A stretch of 64,000 nt of DNA from Dicyema japonicum. Lineage: Eukaryota; Animalia; Dicyemida. This document shows, piece by piece, positions 41,521 to 54,632 of the stretch; the stretch's first letter is position 1; each line of letters opens with the position of its first letter. The stretch spans positions 291,581-355,580 of the forward strand of contig RDEW01000050.1 in the NCBI GenBank assembly GCA_011109175.1. The letters are read 5' to 3'. The translations under genes were made by a program, and so were the position numbers. The notes beneath the pieces are model-generated. The model ran no database searches, was not told the origin of the DNA, and was given only the letters and a program-made list of their open reading frames with translations.

Positions 41521-43005
41521 GGCCTTACATCTCACTCCCACGATTCAAGCTATTATGATAATGTGATTGCTTAGGAGTTTGATTCATAAAAAATCATTAC
41601 CAACGTGAAAATGCCTTCCAAGGATCTCTTTTCAACTCTGTTCAATTTCCGATAGCTGAAGATTACTAAAAATAAGGACCTCTTACTTTTAACCTTATTA
41701 GTCCATCTGGACCTCTTGTGGACTGTCAGACAGAGAGCAGACCTCACAATGTCTTCGTTCATGTCGAGAACCGTTTTGATGTCCCTCTCCATTTGATTTT
41801 GTCACTAATCTCACAGTCGAACCCAACCTACATCAAATTATGGAGATAAACACACTCTGTTTGGAAACATGCTCGAGTAGGAAACACAACTACTACACCT
41901 ACGACTAAAGGACACACGACCTGGATTGCCACATGTCGACCTCGTCTAGGGTTCTTCTGTAAAGAGCTTCTCTTTTCCGTTGATTTAAAGTCGCTATGTT
42001 TGTGTGGGGGGGATCATTAGGTATGAAACTTCACGTTTTGCTAGCTCTTGTTGGAGAGTTATGGGAAACGCGGGAGTGCTTTTAACTTGATTAAGACATC
42101 ATGGAGTCATTCTCACGTTGGTAATTTTTCTGATACCAAGAAAGTATTGAGAGGTATTTTGCTAACCAGTACCCTAGTCATTATCTTCTTGTCTCAGTTG
42201 TCTTCTACCTGTACCTTATAGACGTAAAAACTTTTTAATGAAACACACTGTACCCATCCACAAGGCATCCACGATAGGCTAAAAGAAGCGTTTGTTTTTC
42301 GGAACCTAAAATGTATTCAACATGCATTTCAATTGTCTTATTTTAAGCGATCTGACTCAAATTTGGCTGTCAATCAATCAAAGTGTACGTGCTCTCTAGA
42401 AGTGCTTAGGTGATGAATCTACGGAGACTCACAGGGTGATGAAGACAGTTTGTGAATGTTTGTATCCTGGCCTTCTTTGTAAGGTTTGTTTTCTGTACCA
42501 CTCATACTTAGCAGCATTGTAAGCTATAATCTCCCATTTTTTCAGATAATCGATTAAGCGGTTTTCCATAATTTTTGAGGGAATAAAGTTATTTTCCAAA
42601 AATCTACATAAAATCTACATTTGATGCAATCAATTTTGGTTGTGCACTGTCATTACACGGGGAATCAGATGTGAGGACTAAATGGATGCTGAGATCACTT
42701 AATTACTCGGTCTTAAACATTTCTTGATGTTCTTGAGGTTGATTCAAACTTAAATGAAAATTATTCATTAGCAAAATTAAGTCTAGCTGGCTCAATCCCT
42801 CAGCTACAAAGCATTCCCAGATTATGGAAATTTCAAACATCGTAACTCCCTAATGTCTCCCAAAGTAAGAGGTACCTGCGATTAACTAAAGTAGTTCTTC
42901 ACTGCTAACTAGACTCCATGTGTACAGATAGTCAATAAAATAAGAATATTATCATTTTTAAAACAAATAAAAACAATTTCAAAAATTTAAACAAAAAACA
43001 GAAAA

Positions 43006-43640
43006 TTAATTAGGACGTTCGGGTTTCTTTTTTCTATGTTTGAAAGAAAAGTCCCGACGAAGAGCCTTGTAGGCGTCGAACTTGCTCTCAGCCTCGGTAA
43101 TGGTTCGTGGAGACTCACAAGGACTCTGTTTAATAGGGATAATATCCTTGGGCACATTCACGTTGATCTTCCCTTGGGCGTGAAGCTAGACTTCAGCCAC
43201 ACATATACAGCTTTTATGTTGACATTCTTGGCCTTGTTGCTAACTACCACCATGGACAGGTACTCCTTCAACCGATTCACATTGACTGTGAGGCCCTCCA
43301 CGGATTTATTCTTGCGTCGGTAATCAACGCTGATCCCGATTGTGGGAGCGTAGTATTTGTGGAGGCCAACAGTCTGGAAGATCATTAAATCAAGTACCTT
43401 GAGCTCCTGAAGGCTAAATCCTCGACCTTTTCTAACACGGAAGTTGTATCTCCTCGTGGGACAACGAACTACGGGATGGAGAGAAGCTGTCGGCTGAAGA
43501 GGATTATTAGATTTCTTCTCGGCCCTGAGACGCCTTCTTCGAATCTTTTTCATTGGCTGATCGAAGCATGTCTTTATTCTCCTGGTCCAGTGCTTACGCC
43601 TGTGATCATTTGGCAATGGTTGGTTTCCAGCGAAAGGCAT
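43006..43640 (-). CDS. RPL13: 60S ribosomal protein L13 (eL13), 3 coding exons
   Basis: KHWTRRIKTCFDQP, LHPVVRCPTRRYN, GRGFSLQELK, TIGISVDYRRKNKS and NVNRLKEY. Introns of 24 and 23 nt, plus a probable 28-nt 5'UTR intron ending 1 nt before the ATG. Confidence 0.95.
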
Positions 43641-43819
43641 TCTATAATTATGCTTCTAAATTAAATTACCCACTAAGGAATAGACAATAAAAATGTGATT
43701 ATTTAAATTTAATATTTTAAAAAATTATTATTTAATGTAAATATTAGTTAATAATTTCGAAACTTCTTCCATTTAAATAATCAGATTATTAGTATAAACA
43801 AAAAAAGAGAATGTTTTGT

Positions 43820-45830
43820 CTGAGGTGTGACAGGGTTTCGCTGTGCATAAGGATTTAGTTCCCGGATTACATCGCTTTTGGAAGATAAGTGATCGGATTA
43901 GTGTCATTCTTATTGGAAATCTAAACAGCTAATCTCCTTCGTGAATGTGTCCCGTGTTTCCAAAGATCCGGAGGAATTGGACGCTTTCAAGAAGTTGCCA
44001 AGATTGTATCTCATCTGAAGTCTTCCTATTGCCCTTTATTTCGGGCGATTGGAATGCTAAAGTTGGGTTACGAAAAGGATACGAACGTTTTATTAGACCA
44101 CATGGAAGTGGGATTAGGAACTATCTTGGCACTGCTCTATCTATGCGATTCTCTGCAACACCCAATTCCAATATTCCGCACACCATAAAACAAAGTGAGT
44201 AGGCTCCTGACTTTCGACCACCGGAAATCCGATAAAGATTTATAATCTATTATATTGTTTGTCGAATAAAAGACAAATATCCCTTATGGAGGATTCATCG
44301 TTGACAGTGACCACACAACTGTGTCTGCAAAAATCAACCCAAAACCTAATCTAACTGTAGAGGATGGGTATGAGATTCTCCACGCGAAATCTAACAGGAG
44401 ATGCTTCATCCAAACACAATGTGGTGGGCATTTCACGGGATCAAGAAGTCAGCAAGACTGCAAGCAGAATATCAAGAGTTTGCATGAGTCAATCAGAAGT
44501 GTAGGAACTGATCTTCCATCGGGAAAGGTTTGGTTCGAAACTGTGAGGGAGGTCCTTTCGGGGGCTGACAAACACCTTAGGAAACATAAACTCCACAGCA
44601 GTCAGTGTCATCAAAACGTGCCAGCCCTATTGAACCTGCAGAAGGATTTAAGGATCCGATAATACTGTGGATCAGCAAACTGTTTCCAAACTGAAACAAG
44701 AACGAAGGCAAATGGAGAGGAAGATCCATTTCTTAAACAAGTTGGTAGACAAGATTAAAGAATTCGAATACCTTAAAAACAACGATGGAGCATTTCTGGC
44801 TATGAGACTAATGTGGAGGAAGAACCAATCAGGGAAGCTTCTTTTGCACGACAGAAATTGAAAAACAATAGAAAATATTGCGGATTTCACGCCAGAAGAC
44901 ATCAAACTCCGGACCCATTGAAATCTTGCGTCCTGTCATCCTTTTAAACACCCTGCGGAAGATCCTTGCTCTGATCGCACTTAATAGGATCACGAGCCAA
45001 TAGACGCACTTAGCCAAAAATCAAAGTGGATCAGGACTCGGTCACCCTAATAAGATACACCTATCAAATACGGAGTTGCGAGTGAGTATTGGAAAATGTA
45101 TGTGGCAAGAAATCTTGATAATAGTGGGCACACTTAAAAGAGACTCACTCTCTCCGATATTGTTTGCTGTATATCTTAAATCTATTCTACGAGATCTTTG
45201 GAAGTATTACAGTGACGCTTATTGTTTATATCGATGATGTTGACTTTGTCTCAAATAACAAAGATGCACTTCGAAATTTCCCGGAAGTAGCCCAGACCGC
45301 CTAGCCAAATGGTCTCTATAAATGAACGCTTCGAAAGCGGATATAGTCGAGATCAAACGGGTGGAACCACGCAGTACCGAAATCTGGAGGAAGACTATAA
45401 AACTTGGCTCACTTCTCGGAGACTCAGAAGACATTGGGAGAAGGTTATCTACGGTGACCATGCAATAGCTTATGAAATCTATATACTTCCAGTCCGCCCA
45501 TCACTCCCTCTCAGGTTTTGAGGCTTTCGTGAAACCGATCCTTACGTGAAACTATGGCACTTAGTGAATCTAGAAAACTGATGGACAAAGGCTCGACTCT
45601 TTTCACATTCTAGTGAGATACTCCAGCAAACATAATAATGTAAGAATTATCTGAAACATCTGGGAAAAAGTTCTGGGGTCATCCGCGTATAACACTTCCA
45701 GAAATCCTTAATGGTGTTTTGAGAGCAGTAAACAGAGCACTAATGGATGGTGAAGACCTCATTACTCTGCGGAGTCTGCCATTGAATAGGAGAGGGTGAG
45801 AGAGATTAGTATTGAGGATCATACAAACAC
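43820..45830 (+). mobile_element. Heavily decayed RTE-like LINE
   Basis: ISGDWNAKVG, DSDH, LRPVILLNTLRKILA, DSLSPILFAVYL, YIDDVDF, KLGSLLG and GHPRITLP motifs. Confidence 0.75.
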
Positions 45831-46459
45831 ACTTATGTGGTACAATTAATGATCGTTTGATCTCCCACATGGGGTTAGAATGTAGGATGGAACCCCGTTT
45901 TACTGTAGTTAGGGGGTAGTTAATTGTAGATCAAGGATAAGGTCAAGAGAGTGGCTCAAGTGACCACCAAGAATGAGAATTTGTTGTTTGGTGTTAATTT
46001 AGTTGTTAGATGGACAGTTATCATGTTTAATCTAAGGACCTCGAATTGGTTAATTCACGAAACAGGTGCTTATTGTCGGAATATTCTTTCTGCAGTTCTT
46101 CGTGAGTCAGGAGATGGTAAGGTGCTCACGCTCAGGGGCGAATGCGGGTTATAATGGTAATAAGATAATACAGGAAATAGAGATTACTAAAATAAGATTG
46201 GCTGTGTAGTCGATTGGTCTAATATAAAAAAGTGCTTGTTGGGTATGGAAACAAAATAATTTGAATGCTCGTATCCACGGTGAAACAGGTCCAGTTGGCA
46301 TACACAGCCAAAATTTATTTAAACTTTCTTAAAATTTATTTAAAACTCACTTATTTCATTAATTATATTTTTTCCATTAATGAGTCTAGTTCGAGTCTGA
46401 AAATTTTGAATTAGATATTTTTTATTTTACTTTTGTCAATTTATATAATTTATTTATTA

Positions 46460-47030
46460 AAATTATAACGCCTGTCTAACTCAGTCTTCTCTTCTTGGGG
46501 CCAACCTCTATTGCCTGTATAGGTTTTTCACGTCGCTTCACACCGCACATTCAGAGACTACCCTAGATTGACATTCCATGCTTTATTCATTCATGCCTCT
46601 CCTAAGCTTGCATACCCTCCAAAGTCTTCCGTAACACTAGCCTTTGTATAAAAGCTTTGACCCTCCTCCTCCACCTTGAGGGCATCGGGGTGGCCCTTGA
46701 AGAATCTGGAGACAATTCCATCCCAGGTTTTTGTAGACTTTTCTACCTCGACCTTCTTGTGGTAGTTTTGCGAAGTGATCCCAATTTCAACAAGAGTAAT
46801 CGTATTGTTTAGCTTATTATAAACGAAATTGTCGTGTTTGTTATTCGTTACAGCCGTATGATAGACGTGTCTACCTGAATCTCCACAAATCCATTTGCGT
46901 CAACAGATTGTACTGAATGGGTCTACAGTTCCCGAGTTTTTCTTATTCCATATTGACTGCAGAGATGTAGCTGTAAACATCTGACCATTTCGTTATGCCA
47001 CCTGAAATACGAGCTACTCAGCAATTAGTA
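46460..47030 (-). mobile_element. 3' remnant of R4/Dong-like RLE element (second subfamily)
   Basis: RWHNEMVRCLQLHLC, HSVQSV, ITLVEIGITSQ and WDGIV motifs. Confidence 0.8.
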
Positions 47031-47154
47031 ATATTTTTAATAAATTAAAATAAATTTATTATTAATTAATGAAAGTCAAACGGCTCCATTATGGAAGCTG
47101 GATCACTTAATTGTTTTTAACATCTTTCCTGGTGGGTTCTTAAATAAATAAATT

Positions 47155-47700
47155 ATGGTCTGCAGGCATTGACCACACAATGGGAGTTACTTCTCATAAT
47201 CGCTAGCCCAATATTCTGAAGAGCCATTGTGTCTCTCTTCCACATTCCTGCAAACCATCTGATCGACCTGATAAAGCACGCCAGACGTCTCCAGGGAGAT
47301 CGAATTAAAAGCAAGTTGATTCCCAATGCCACGGTATTTCTTTTTTAAAATTGTAAGTAGTAGTAGATGCGGAACCCTCACACAGTGATGACTTGAGCAG
47401 ATTCACATGTGAGTAAGTATCCGTGCATGTTGATTCTCGAGCAAGACACCTCCCTCGGATCCATGAAATTGTCGCTAAGATACCCTGTCTCTTGCAATCA
47501 CCTCTGTTAAGTCAGTCAGGTTACAGATGGCAGTAAACCCGCCGTCTTAGTCTTCATGACAGTCGAGTTTAGCATGGTTTGGCTAGAAAATCTTTTTATG
47601 AGAGCGGATGTAGTCCTTTCCTGTCAATAGTCTCACCGCATAAGCATCGGCTTTCTAAACAGGCATCAACTCGAAGGGCAACTCTTTATTACCTTGCTAT
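47155..47700 (-). mobile_element. Decayed CRE 3' remnant
   Basis: HSHKK..RH, TCTDT, KKKYRGIG and SISLETSG motifs. Confidence 0.55.
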
Positions 47701-48719
47701 ATATCCCATGTGATCCCTTACTTTAATCTGATACCAAAAACATAATTTTTAACCCATTTTAGAAAATAACCCTTTTCGATCTATTTTTACTTGGAGATCT
47801 ATTTTACGTCGTACTAGATTAAACAAATGGTCCTCCGAATTACTTTAATGTTTCCTTCTCTTATGATCCTTGGATTGCTTAGAAGTAAAGTCTGACGCTT
47901 AGGAAAATGGCTTAGGAAGACGTATCCGAAGATACGATCAAGAATAGTTTCAGAGTTTTGAATAACTCCAATAACGAAAATCTTGAAATTTGTATTAATG
48001 AAAAGCAATCATGAGAACAGAATCGATCCTCTAGAAGTTGAGGATTTTATAAACATTGAATACACGTAGCATGAAACGTTTAATGAAAATTATTTAGAAG
48101 ATTCAGAAAATAGTAACAGGAATCGGAAAAAAAGACTTCTAGACAACATGGATATTTCAGTCTTGCATGGCGAGGAGTGGTAACTCGATTCGATATGAGT
48201 ATACCCATCTTTGGAATACTCAAAGACACCCTCCTCAATAAACTCAATCTTTTAATTTCCACCGGAAGAATAAGTCATCAACGAAGCTAACAATTATAAG
48301 AAGCAAACGTCTCGACACCTTCTGAGAGCCTTTGGAGGCATCAATAAGACATCAAAGAAGCAAACAGTTATAAGAAGCTTCTGAGAGCATTTTGGAGGGA
48401 ACTCTTAGCTAATGTTGAGAATGAATATGACGTTTCTGTAATTTCTTCAATTTAATGATTAACAAAATAAAACGAGTAAATTAACTACAGTGGATTTTTT
48501 TAACGAAAATTTAAAATAATTTTCGTTTCGAACATTAAATAGCATCCAATACAGATGTTGGTGCTCATTTCTTCGATAATTTTCACAGTGAGATATAACT
48601 GATGGTGGCATCACTCGTCAAACCAGGAGGCATCGTAAATGCATGAAATGGACATTCGAACATGGAAGAATCCGAATTCAGTCCAGAACAAATTTCGCTA
48701 TGTAAATTAATAATACAAA

Positions 48720-49240
48720 AGACCACGGTAACAGCAAACTAACCAATTACATGATCTCATACGATATAACGAAGATCTCAACTTGGCCTGTTGTGGAACA
48801 CAATTCGGAAGAAGCCATGAAATAGATCTTGATTTCCAATGCAGACGCGTCCCCTCTAAGAAAGTTAGCTAACCAGAGTTTATGCTTTCCAAATAATTTT
48901 TTGGTAAATTTTCTAGTAAAAAACCTCCTTGACATCGAGTCAAAAGCTTTCTATACGTCAATGGAGCAAAGTACAGTCTTCATGTGTCCCGGCCTGTGCA
49001 AAAACCATATCGTATAAAGTTAGTCAATGAAGATAAACGGGTCGAAGTAAACCTCTCCTCTTTAAAATCATGTTGAAATGACAATTCCGGGAGAAAATCT
49101 TTGAGTTTTACAAGATCCAGCGTTTCCAGGATTTTCAACAACAAACACAATAATGCGACCGGTCTGTATGAAGCCGGATCCTTCTTTACTTTTTCGGGTT
49201 TCAAAATTGGACGTAGGTGGGCAAGCTTTTAAAAGGCTGG
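48720..49240 (-). mobile_element. LINE family A RT fragment
   Basis: DPASYRPVALLCLLLKILE, FQHDF, DVEKAFD-like and LWLANFLRG motifs. Confidence 0.75.
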
Positions 49241-49335
49241 AAAAGTTGTCAATTTAGTTATGTAATTTTTATATTAATTTCAGTTTTGTTTTTATATTTT
49301 TTTGAAAAAAAACAAGTAAAATCTTTTAGTTAATA

Positions 49336-50372
49336 TTAATTATTTCTCTTTTTTAATCCAATGATTGTCATTAACCTGGCAATAGTCATGCTTAGTTGGT
49401 TCTGAATCATAGTAAGGCACATTGCCAAGAAGGCCAAACCAAAAAGAATGTATGTTTCTGTTATAAGCATTCGTACTTTTCCCTTCGTTGTTGTGCGATC
49501 CCCAATACCAGGGACGTAATCTCCGAATCCAATGGTGGTGAGAGTGATGAAGCAAAAATAAGCGGAAGTCACCATATCCCAGCCTTCATAATGTGAGAAT
49601 ATAGCAGCCCCGATTATGATGTACAGAATCACCATAAAAATGGCAATAGACAGCGGAAAATGATTCATTTCTTCGTCTGTGGATGAGCTATCCTTATCTG
49701 GAAGATCCTCCCATTTTGTAAGTTCAGCATCGTCTAATTCGTGTGAACTGACTTTATTTTGTCGAAAGCACACCCACAACAACACAGTTGTGAGTATGAA
49801 TATTCAAATACTCTGAGCATTGTATCCCCAATTTTGGCAAGACAAACAAGCATGAGAGATATCCCAAACAGTGAGTAGAATATACATATAACCTTCCCCC
49901 ACATCGTGTTGGGTGAAATGTGTCCATATCCTTTAATTTTACCCACCAAACAAACCGATGGTGGTAACTATCGTTATGCAAAACAGTAGTGCGTTGTCAT
50001 AACTCCACTTGTACGACATTTCTCCCAACATCATCTTTGTACAGTTTTCTCCCTGATACCCAGTCTCCAGTGATTTCACTAGAAATAACCTCAGCTGAGT
50101 CTTAATCACTTTTACGAGCTCTTCCTTATAATAAGAGATCATTGGCCCACCTTAATGTAATCCTTCGAGTCGAGGATGGCGACCATAGTTGAGTTTTCCA
50201 CCACCGAGTATTTTTCAATTTGATCGAAGCAGGTCTGTACTTCGTGTGGTTTCTCAATGTATTCGAACATCGATGCCCCCAAACAGAGATAAACTATCAA
50301 GACCGACAACAGGGCAGTGGTGGAGCCCAATATTTTCCCTAAAACACTAAGAATTATCCTTCCTAATTGCAT
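49336..50372 (-). CDS. Two-pore-domain (K2P/TWiK-family) potassium channel
   Basis: Four TM segments and two pore loops (TTIG|YG, TTIGFGD). Introns 50125-50150 (26 nt) and 49931-49955 (25 nt). A frame change near 49757 needs either a third small intron or a missing A. The true start may lie further upstream. Confidence 0.88.
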
Positions 50373-51145
50373 TGCCTTTATGGGCTTTCTAACTTATATA
50401 TAATTATCGAACTTGCCCTTACAATTATCGAATATGCCATTTCCCAAAGATTCAAATCCCCACCACAATACGTGGCATAGACATTTCACGTGCTTTCGAT
50501 ATATTCGCCATACGCATGATACGTGTACTATTACACACTTGACTGACAGTACGGGTAGGGAATTTGAAACCAATGAGGGACACCTCAAGGAGAATCGCTA
50601 TCCTCATTGTTCTTAGTTGTCTACTTAGTGACCTCAGAAAACTGATAACGAAATAGTGCATGGGACGATGTTGACTTTATATCTGAAGAAGAATCAACCT
50701 TGAGACACTTCTAGCGCGTAACCTTGCATCTCTACTTGACAACGATCTGAAGGCCATTAAACGACTAAAAATGGAGGACGATTTGGAGGTCCTAAGAAGC
50801 ATCGCCTGCAACTAATTGGAAGAGGCAGGTGGAGAGATCGTCTCTAGTGTGTCACGTGTGGAAATATAACTTATGTTTCTAGTTAATGTCGCTATTAATA
50901 ACAATGCCCAGAACTCTTAAATCAATTAACAATAATCATGAGACAGCAGTCGACTCATTGTGGTGTCATCAAAGACATTCATTGACCGACGTCGATACCT
51001 TCATTTAATATTACATCCAAACCTTGTCTCCACCTTATCAGTGCTACTTTCTTTACCTATTTCCTCGCTGGATTGATCTTCTGGGTCTGCTTTCACCATT
51101 TCTTCACCTTTTCCGTTGGAATTTGTTCTAAGTTGATGAAGGGAT

Positions 51146-51623
51146 TCATTTATACTTGTTAACCTGGTCCTCAGCGACATAAGTGAATATGCCAGGAAGA
51201 GTTGACTTGGGTTTGGGGGATACTCTAATACAATAAATTATTTTCTCCACATGGGTTTGCAGTCGTCAGAAGCAAGACTAGTAGATTTGGCTGTCATATC
51301 ATTTTCCATGTAATACCAGTCTGCTTTATGGTGGTGTTTAACAGGCCTGGGTATAATGTGATAGTCCTTTTCAACACTAAACAAGTCTACCAATTATAAA
51401 TTAAGTAACCTTTTGTTCCCCCAAGTTTAGATTTTCTCACAAAATCAGAGTCGGTTTCTTTTATTTTGGTTTTTGTGGTTTCCACATATTGTTCTTCAGG
51501 GATTCCTTGTAATCCTGGGATTTGTGATTTTATTTTGGAGTAAGCAACAGGCGCCCTCTTTTCCGGAATTTGATTGTAGTACCATGAGCCTTAACTAACA
51601 CTTAAATATGTACCAGAAGACAT
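51146..51623 (-). CDS. C7orf57 / DUF5524-like protein
   Basis: Splicing 24-, 23- and 26-nt introns gives MSSGSWYY...KSQIPGL...KIKETDSDFVRKSKLGGTKDLF...ADWYY, matching the WYY, SQIPGL, IKETDSEYV..AK.GG..DL and DWY motifs I recall for C7orf57. 3' end uncertain. Absent from the ORF track. Confidence 0.7.
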
Positions 51624-51749
51624 TCTTGTTGTTGAGACAATAAATAGTTTATTAATGTTAAATTTATTTATTAATGTTAAATATAAATTCAACAAAATTA
51701 AATCAACCACATCCATGAGGAAAATTTTCTTTGTCCTTATTTACCTCAT

Positions 51750-51840
51750 ACAAACGACTTGTTTCTGTAGAAGTTGGATACACTTAATTAGTTGTTTACT
51801 TTAACTTCTTTCTCGGTGTATCCGAGGTTAATAAATAAAC
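51750..51840 (+). mobile_element. Extreme 3' tip of LINE family A
   Basis: Near-identical to the reverse complement of 33060-33140; CTCGG-TGTAT-CCGAG hairpin. Confidence 0.7.
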
Positions 51841-52039
51841 GACCTGGACAAAAAACAGTGGATATATTTATCAACAGAACAAAAATACCTTTCACTAAGA
51901 AACTGAAACATGTCCTTTTCATCTCATGTCGACGGCATCTCTGGAAGCTGCTCAAGAAAGCTAGGGATAATCAAATCTATTTTCGGTGGCATTAAAACCC
52001 TTTCCCAGCATTGAAATTATTGTACAAATCATTCATTGA

Positions 52040-53990
52040 GCCATCTGTCAGCTATGTCTGTGCGTCATGGGGAATCAATCTGTCCTAGATCAACCTATAT
52101 GAACGCGGACGACGTACTGATATCAGACATCTCGAAAAGTTCGTTTTTTCTGTACTCCGCCTTGTCTGTTGAATCTCCTTTTGAGTGTGTTGCCGTCAGC
52201 GACCTGGCCTCAAAAAAAGTGTCCACACATGGCTCTAACGAGTGATTTTCCGTAGAAGTATTGAAATGATGGTATCCCATCTGACCTCTTCCCATCGCCT
52301 CAGCTCAAACCTAAAGGTTAAGGTTGAGCCGAGATCCCCACAGCTTTCTAACTAACGTCATTGAGAGCTGCGTCTCGTGGGGCACGGTAAGATAGAAGAT
52401 GTAGGCTTTTGGTGTCGACTTCCATCGACAATGACAGCTTTGTTACTGGCAATCCGAGTCGCAGTGCCACTCCGATCCTCAGGCAGTTCTCGCCAAGGGT
52501 TGTTCCGAGAGACGAGCATGGCAGACTCAAGCCAGGCCTCATTTTTATGTTGCTTGGAAGACATTAATTCGACGTGGTAACAAAATAGTTTAGTGGATGT
52601 ATATTCTTAAATCTCGAGACCGGTCACATTTGCTTGTCAATTTGATCCACAGAATAACATTTAAATATTTTTATAATTACTGATTTACCGACTTCTTGGT
52701 TCTGCTCTTTGGTCTTTTCTAACATCACATATCCGCATGACTCTTACTGAAAATTGCATTTTATGGATAATTGTAACGAGTCGTCATGTGTTCCACCAGT
52801 TGCGAAAGTTCTGGAGGCGTTCAAGGTGCACATAATGCATTGCGAAAAGGTCCATTAACTCTCTTTCACCGAGGGAAAATTTCGACATATTTCTGACTTA
52901 GGTATCTAGGACGCCTGTTTCAGACTGACGCAAACTGAAAGATCTGAGCTCTGTTATTAATCTGAACTTGAACGGGATTAAAGACAAAATGATGTAACTT
53001 AAGCATTTATTTCAAAATTCAAGATAATACTTCAAGAATCAAAGCTATAGTGGCATTACACTTTTTCCTTGGATTTTACATAATACGAGCTGGAGGACTC
53101 CTCACATTAATCAAGAAGGGCCTGGGATACAAAGATAATTCAAGAGAAATTAGGAAATTCCTTGTAAATGACGAAATAATTGATATTATCGGGACCCTAT
53201 TTAGTTGAAGATCAAAAGGGAGATCTTCCAGAAAAGTTGAAGCCGTCTTGTATAAACTCGCTAACTGTCCACTCTTACGGAATTTAACAGACAGCAGTTT
53301 GACTGGTTTAAAGCTGGAGAACTTCTCCTCCATTGACAAAGTAGTCACCTATATCAACAATGTCATTCTGGTAGCCACATCTATGACTGTCTCCAAAAGA
53401 CACACCAGTTATACTAGTGGCCATGGAAGGATGGCTCTAGACAAATCGTTTCAAAAGGGCGGGAAGATTTTCTATGAAGCAAGAATATGTATAAAATCGT
53501 TGAATATGAAATAAAAGCTATTACACGGACGACGTACTGATATCAGACATCTCGAAAAGTCCGGTTGTGTCTGAGAAAAGATTACGTGGATTTTTGGAAG
53601 AAATTCTCTCTGGTGTGTAAATTCCGTGCCTTAAGTCTCCCAATGGAAAAGTCTAGAGCCATGCGAATATAGAAAGGTTTTCCAACAGTGGAGTGCACAC
53701 TGAGTGGTATCAACTCATATTGAAGAAGACGTTTATCTTTATTTTTGAAAGAACTATTCTGCCTTCTCGTCTACGGATGTGAAGAATGGTATTTTCGCCC
53801 AAAGGAGATAGAATAATCAATCTTTTGGACAAAACGAGGAGGATGATATTCAAGCTGGACCTTTGTAAAAGAGATGAAGAAGCACTAGAAGAAGAGGAGG
53901 AAATGCTGATAAACTCAATAAGAAGCGTGGAAGAATAGAGGATTTTCTCCTGAGGACCAAAGGGATGACACATTCAGAAAAGACTGTGAA
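52040..53990 (+). mobile_element. LINE family B remnant split by a composite insertion (52141-53525)
   Basis: The RT (A/T)DDVLISDISKS segment is duplicated exactly at 52106-52140 and 53526-53560. The upstream RT motif lies on the left and the downstream motifs on the right. Confidence 0.55.
52141..52600 (-). mobile_element. Decayed CRE fragment
   Basis: AWL, SSLGTTLGENCLRIGVALRLG, GDGKRSDG, CVDTF and AEYRK motifs. Confidence 0.7.
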
Positions 53991-54632
53991 GCTAGAGGGG
54001 GTAAACTGCTAAATAATCCAAGCCTCACGTTAGGATTTTTAATAAAACGTAATCCCCATAACTATCGCTATGTCTTGTTCTTTAATAAAATGTTATGTTG
54101 TTGTTTTGGCCAGTGTATAGAGCCATTTGTTATAATATCTGAATTTTTTAATAAAAATCGATATGTAGGATAGCGCATGGTAGCTACTAGCGGATGTGAC
54201 ATACTTTCCCTCCCTTTTATGACCGAGAAAATGCTTTTGGGCTTATTCTTGATTTAAAGAACATAAGCCTTAGCAAGAGTGTTGCAATCCTTCAGGCTGA
54301 AACTTCAAGAAAACTAATTTGGTTGCAATTGAGGAATATTTACGATACTGTGTGTCCTACTGTTAGATATGAAGACGCAAAGTGAACTACAACCCAAGCT
54401 ACTCTTAGCATATACTAAGAACATATGCTTACATTCAATCACTAGACCGTTGTCTCTATGATTGTCTCATATGATAGTTCGGTGGACGAGGCTTTTGAGT
54501 TCAATGAGTCTTAATCAAGTGAGAAGGGTTAGTCCTACAAGAGGACTTGAGGCAAGTTTAAATAGTTATAATTAATCATTTAATATTTTTTTGAATATTA
54601 ATTTTAAAATAATAAATCAAAACAAATAATTA

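Noticed and set aside
41530-42930. Possible spliced gene downstream of RPL13 on the minus strand
   Set aside because: Intron-like 22-28 nt segments exist, but I could not build a consistent frame or recognise a product.
45830-46320. Possible spliced gene fragment on the plus strand
   Set aside because: No recognisable homology and no consistent start or stop.
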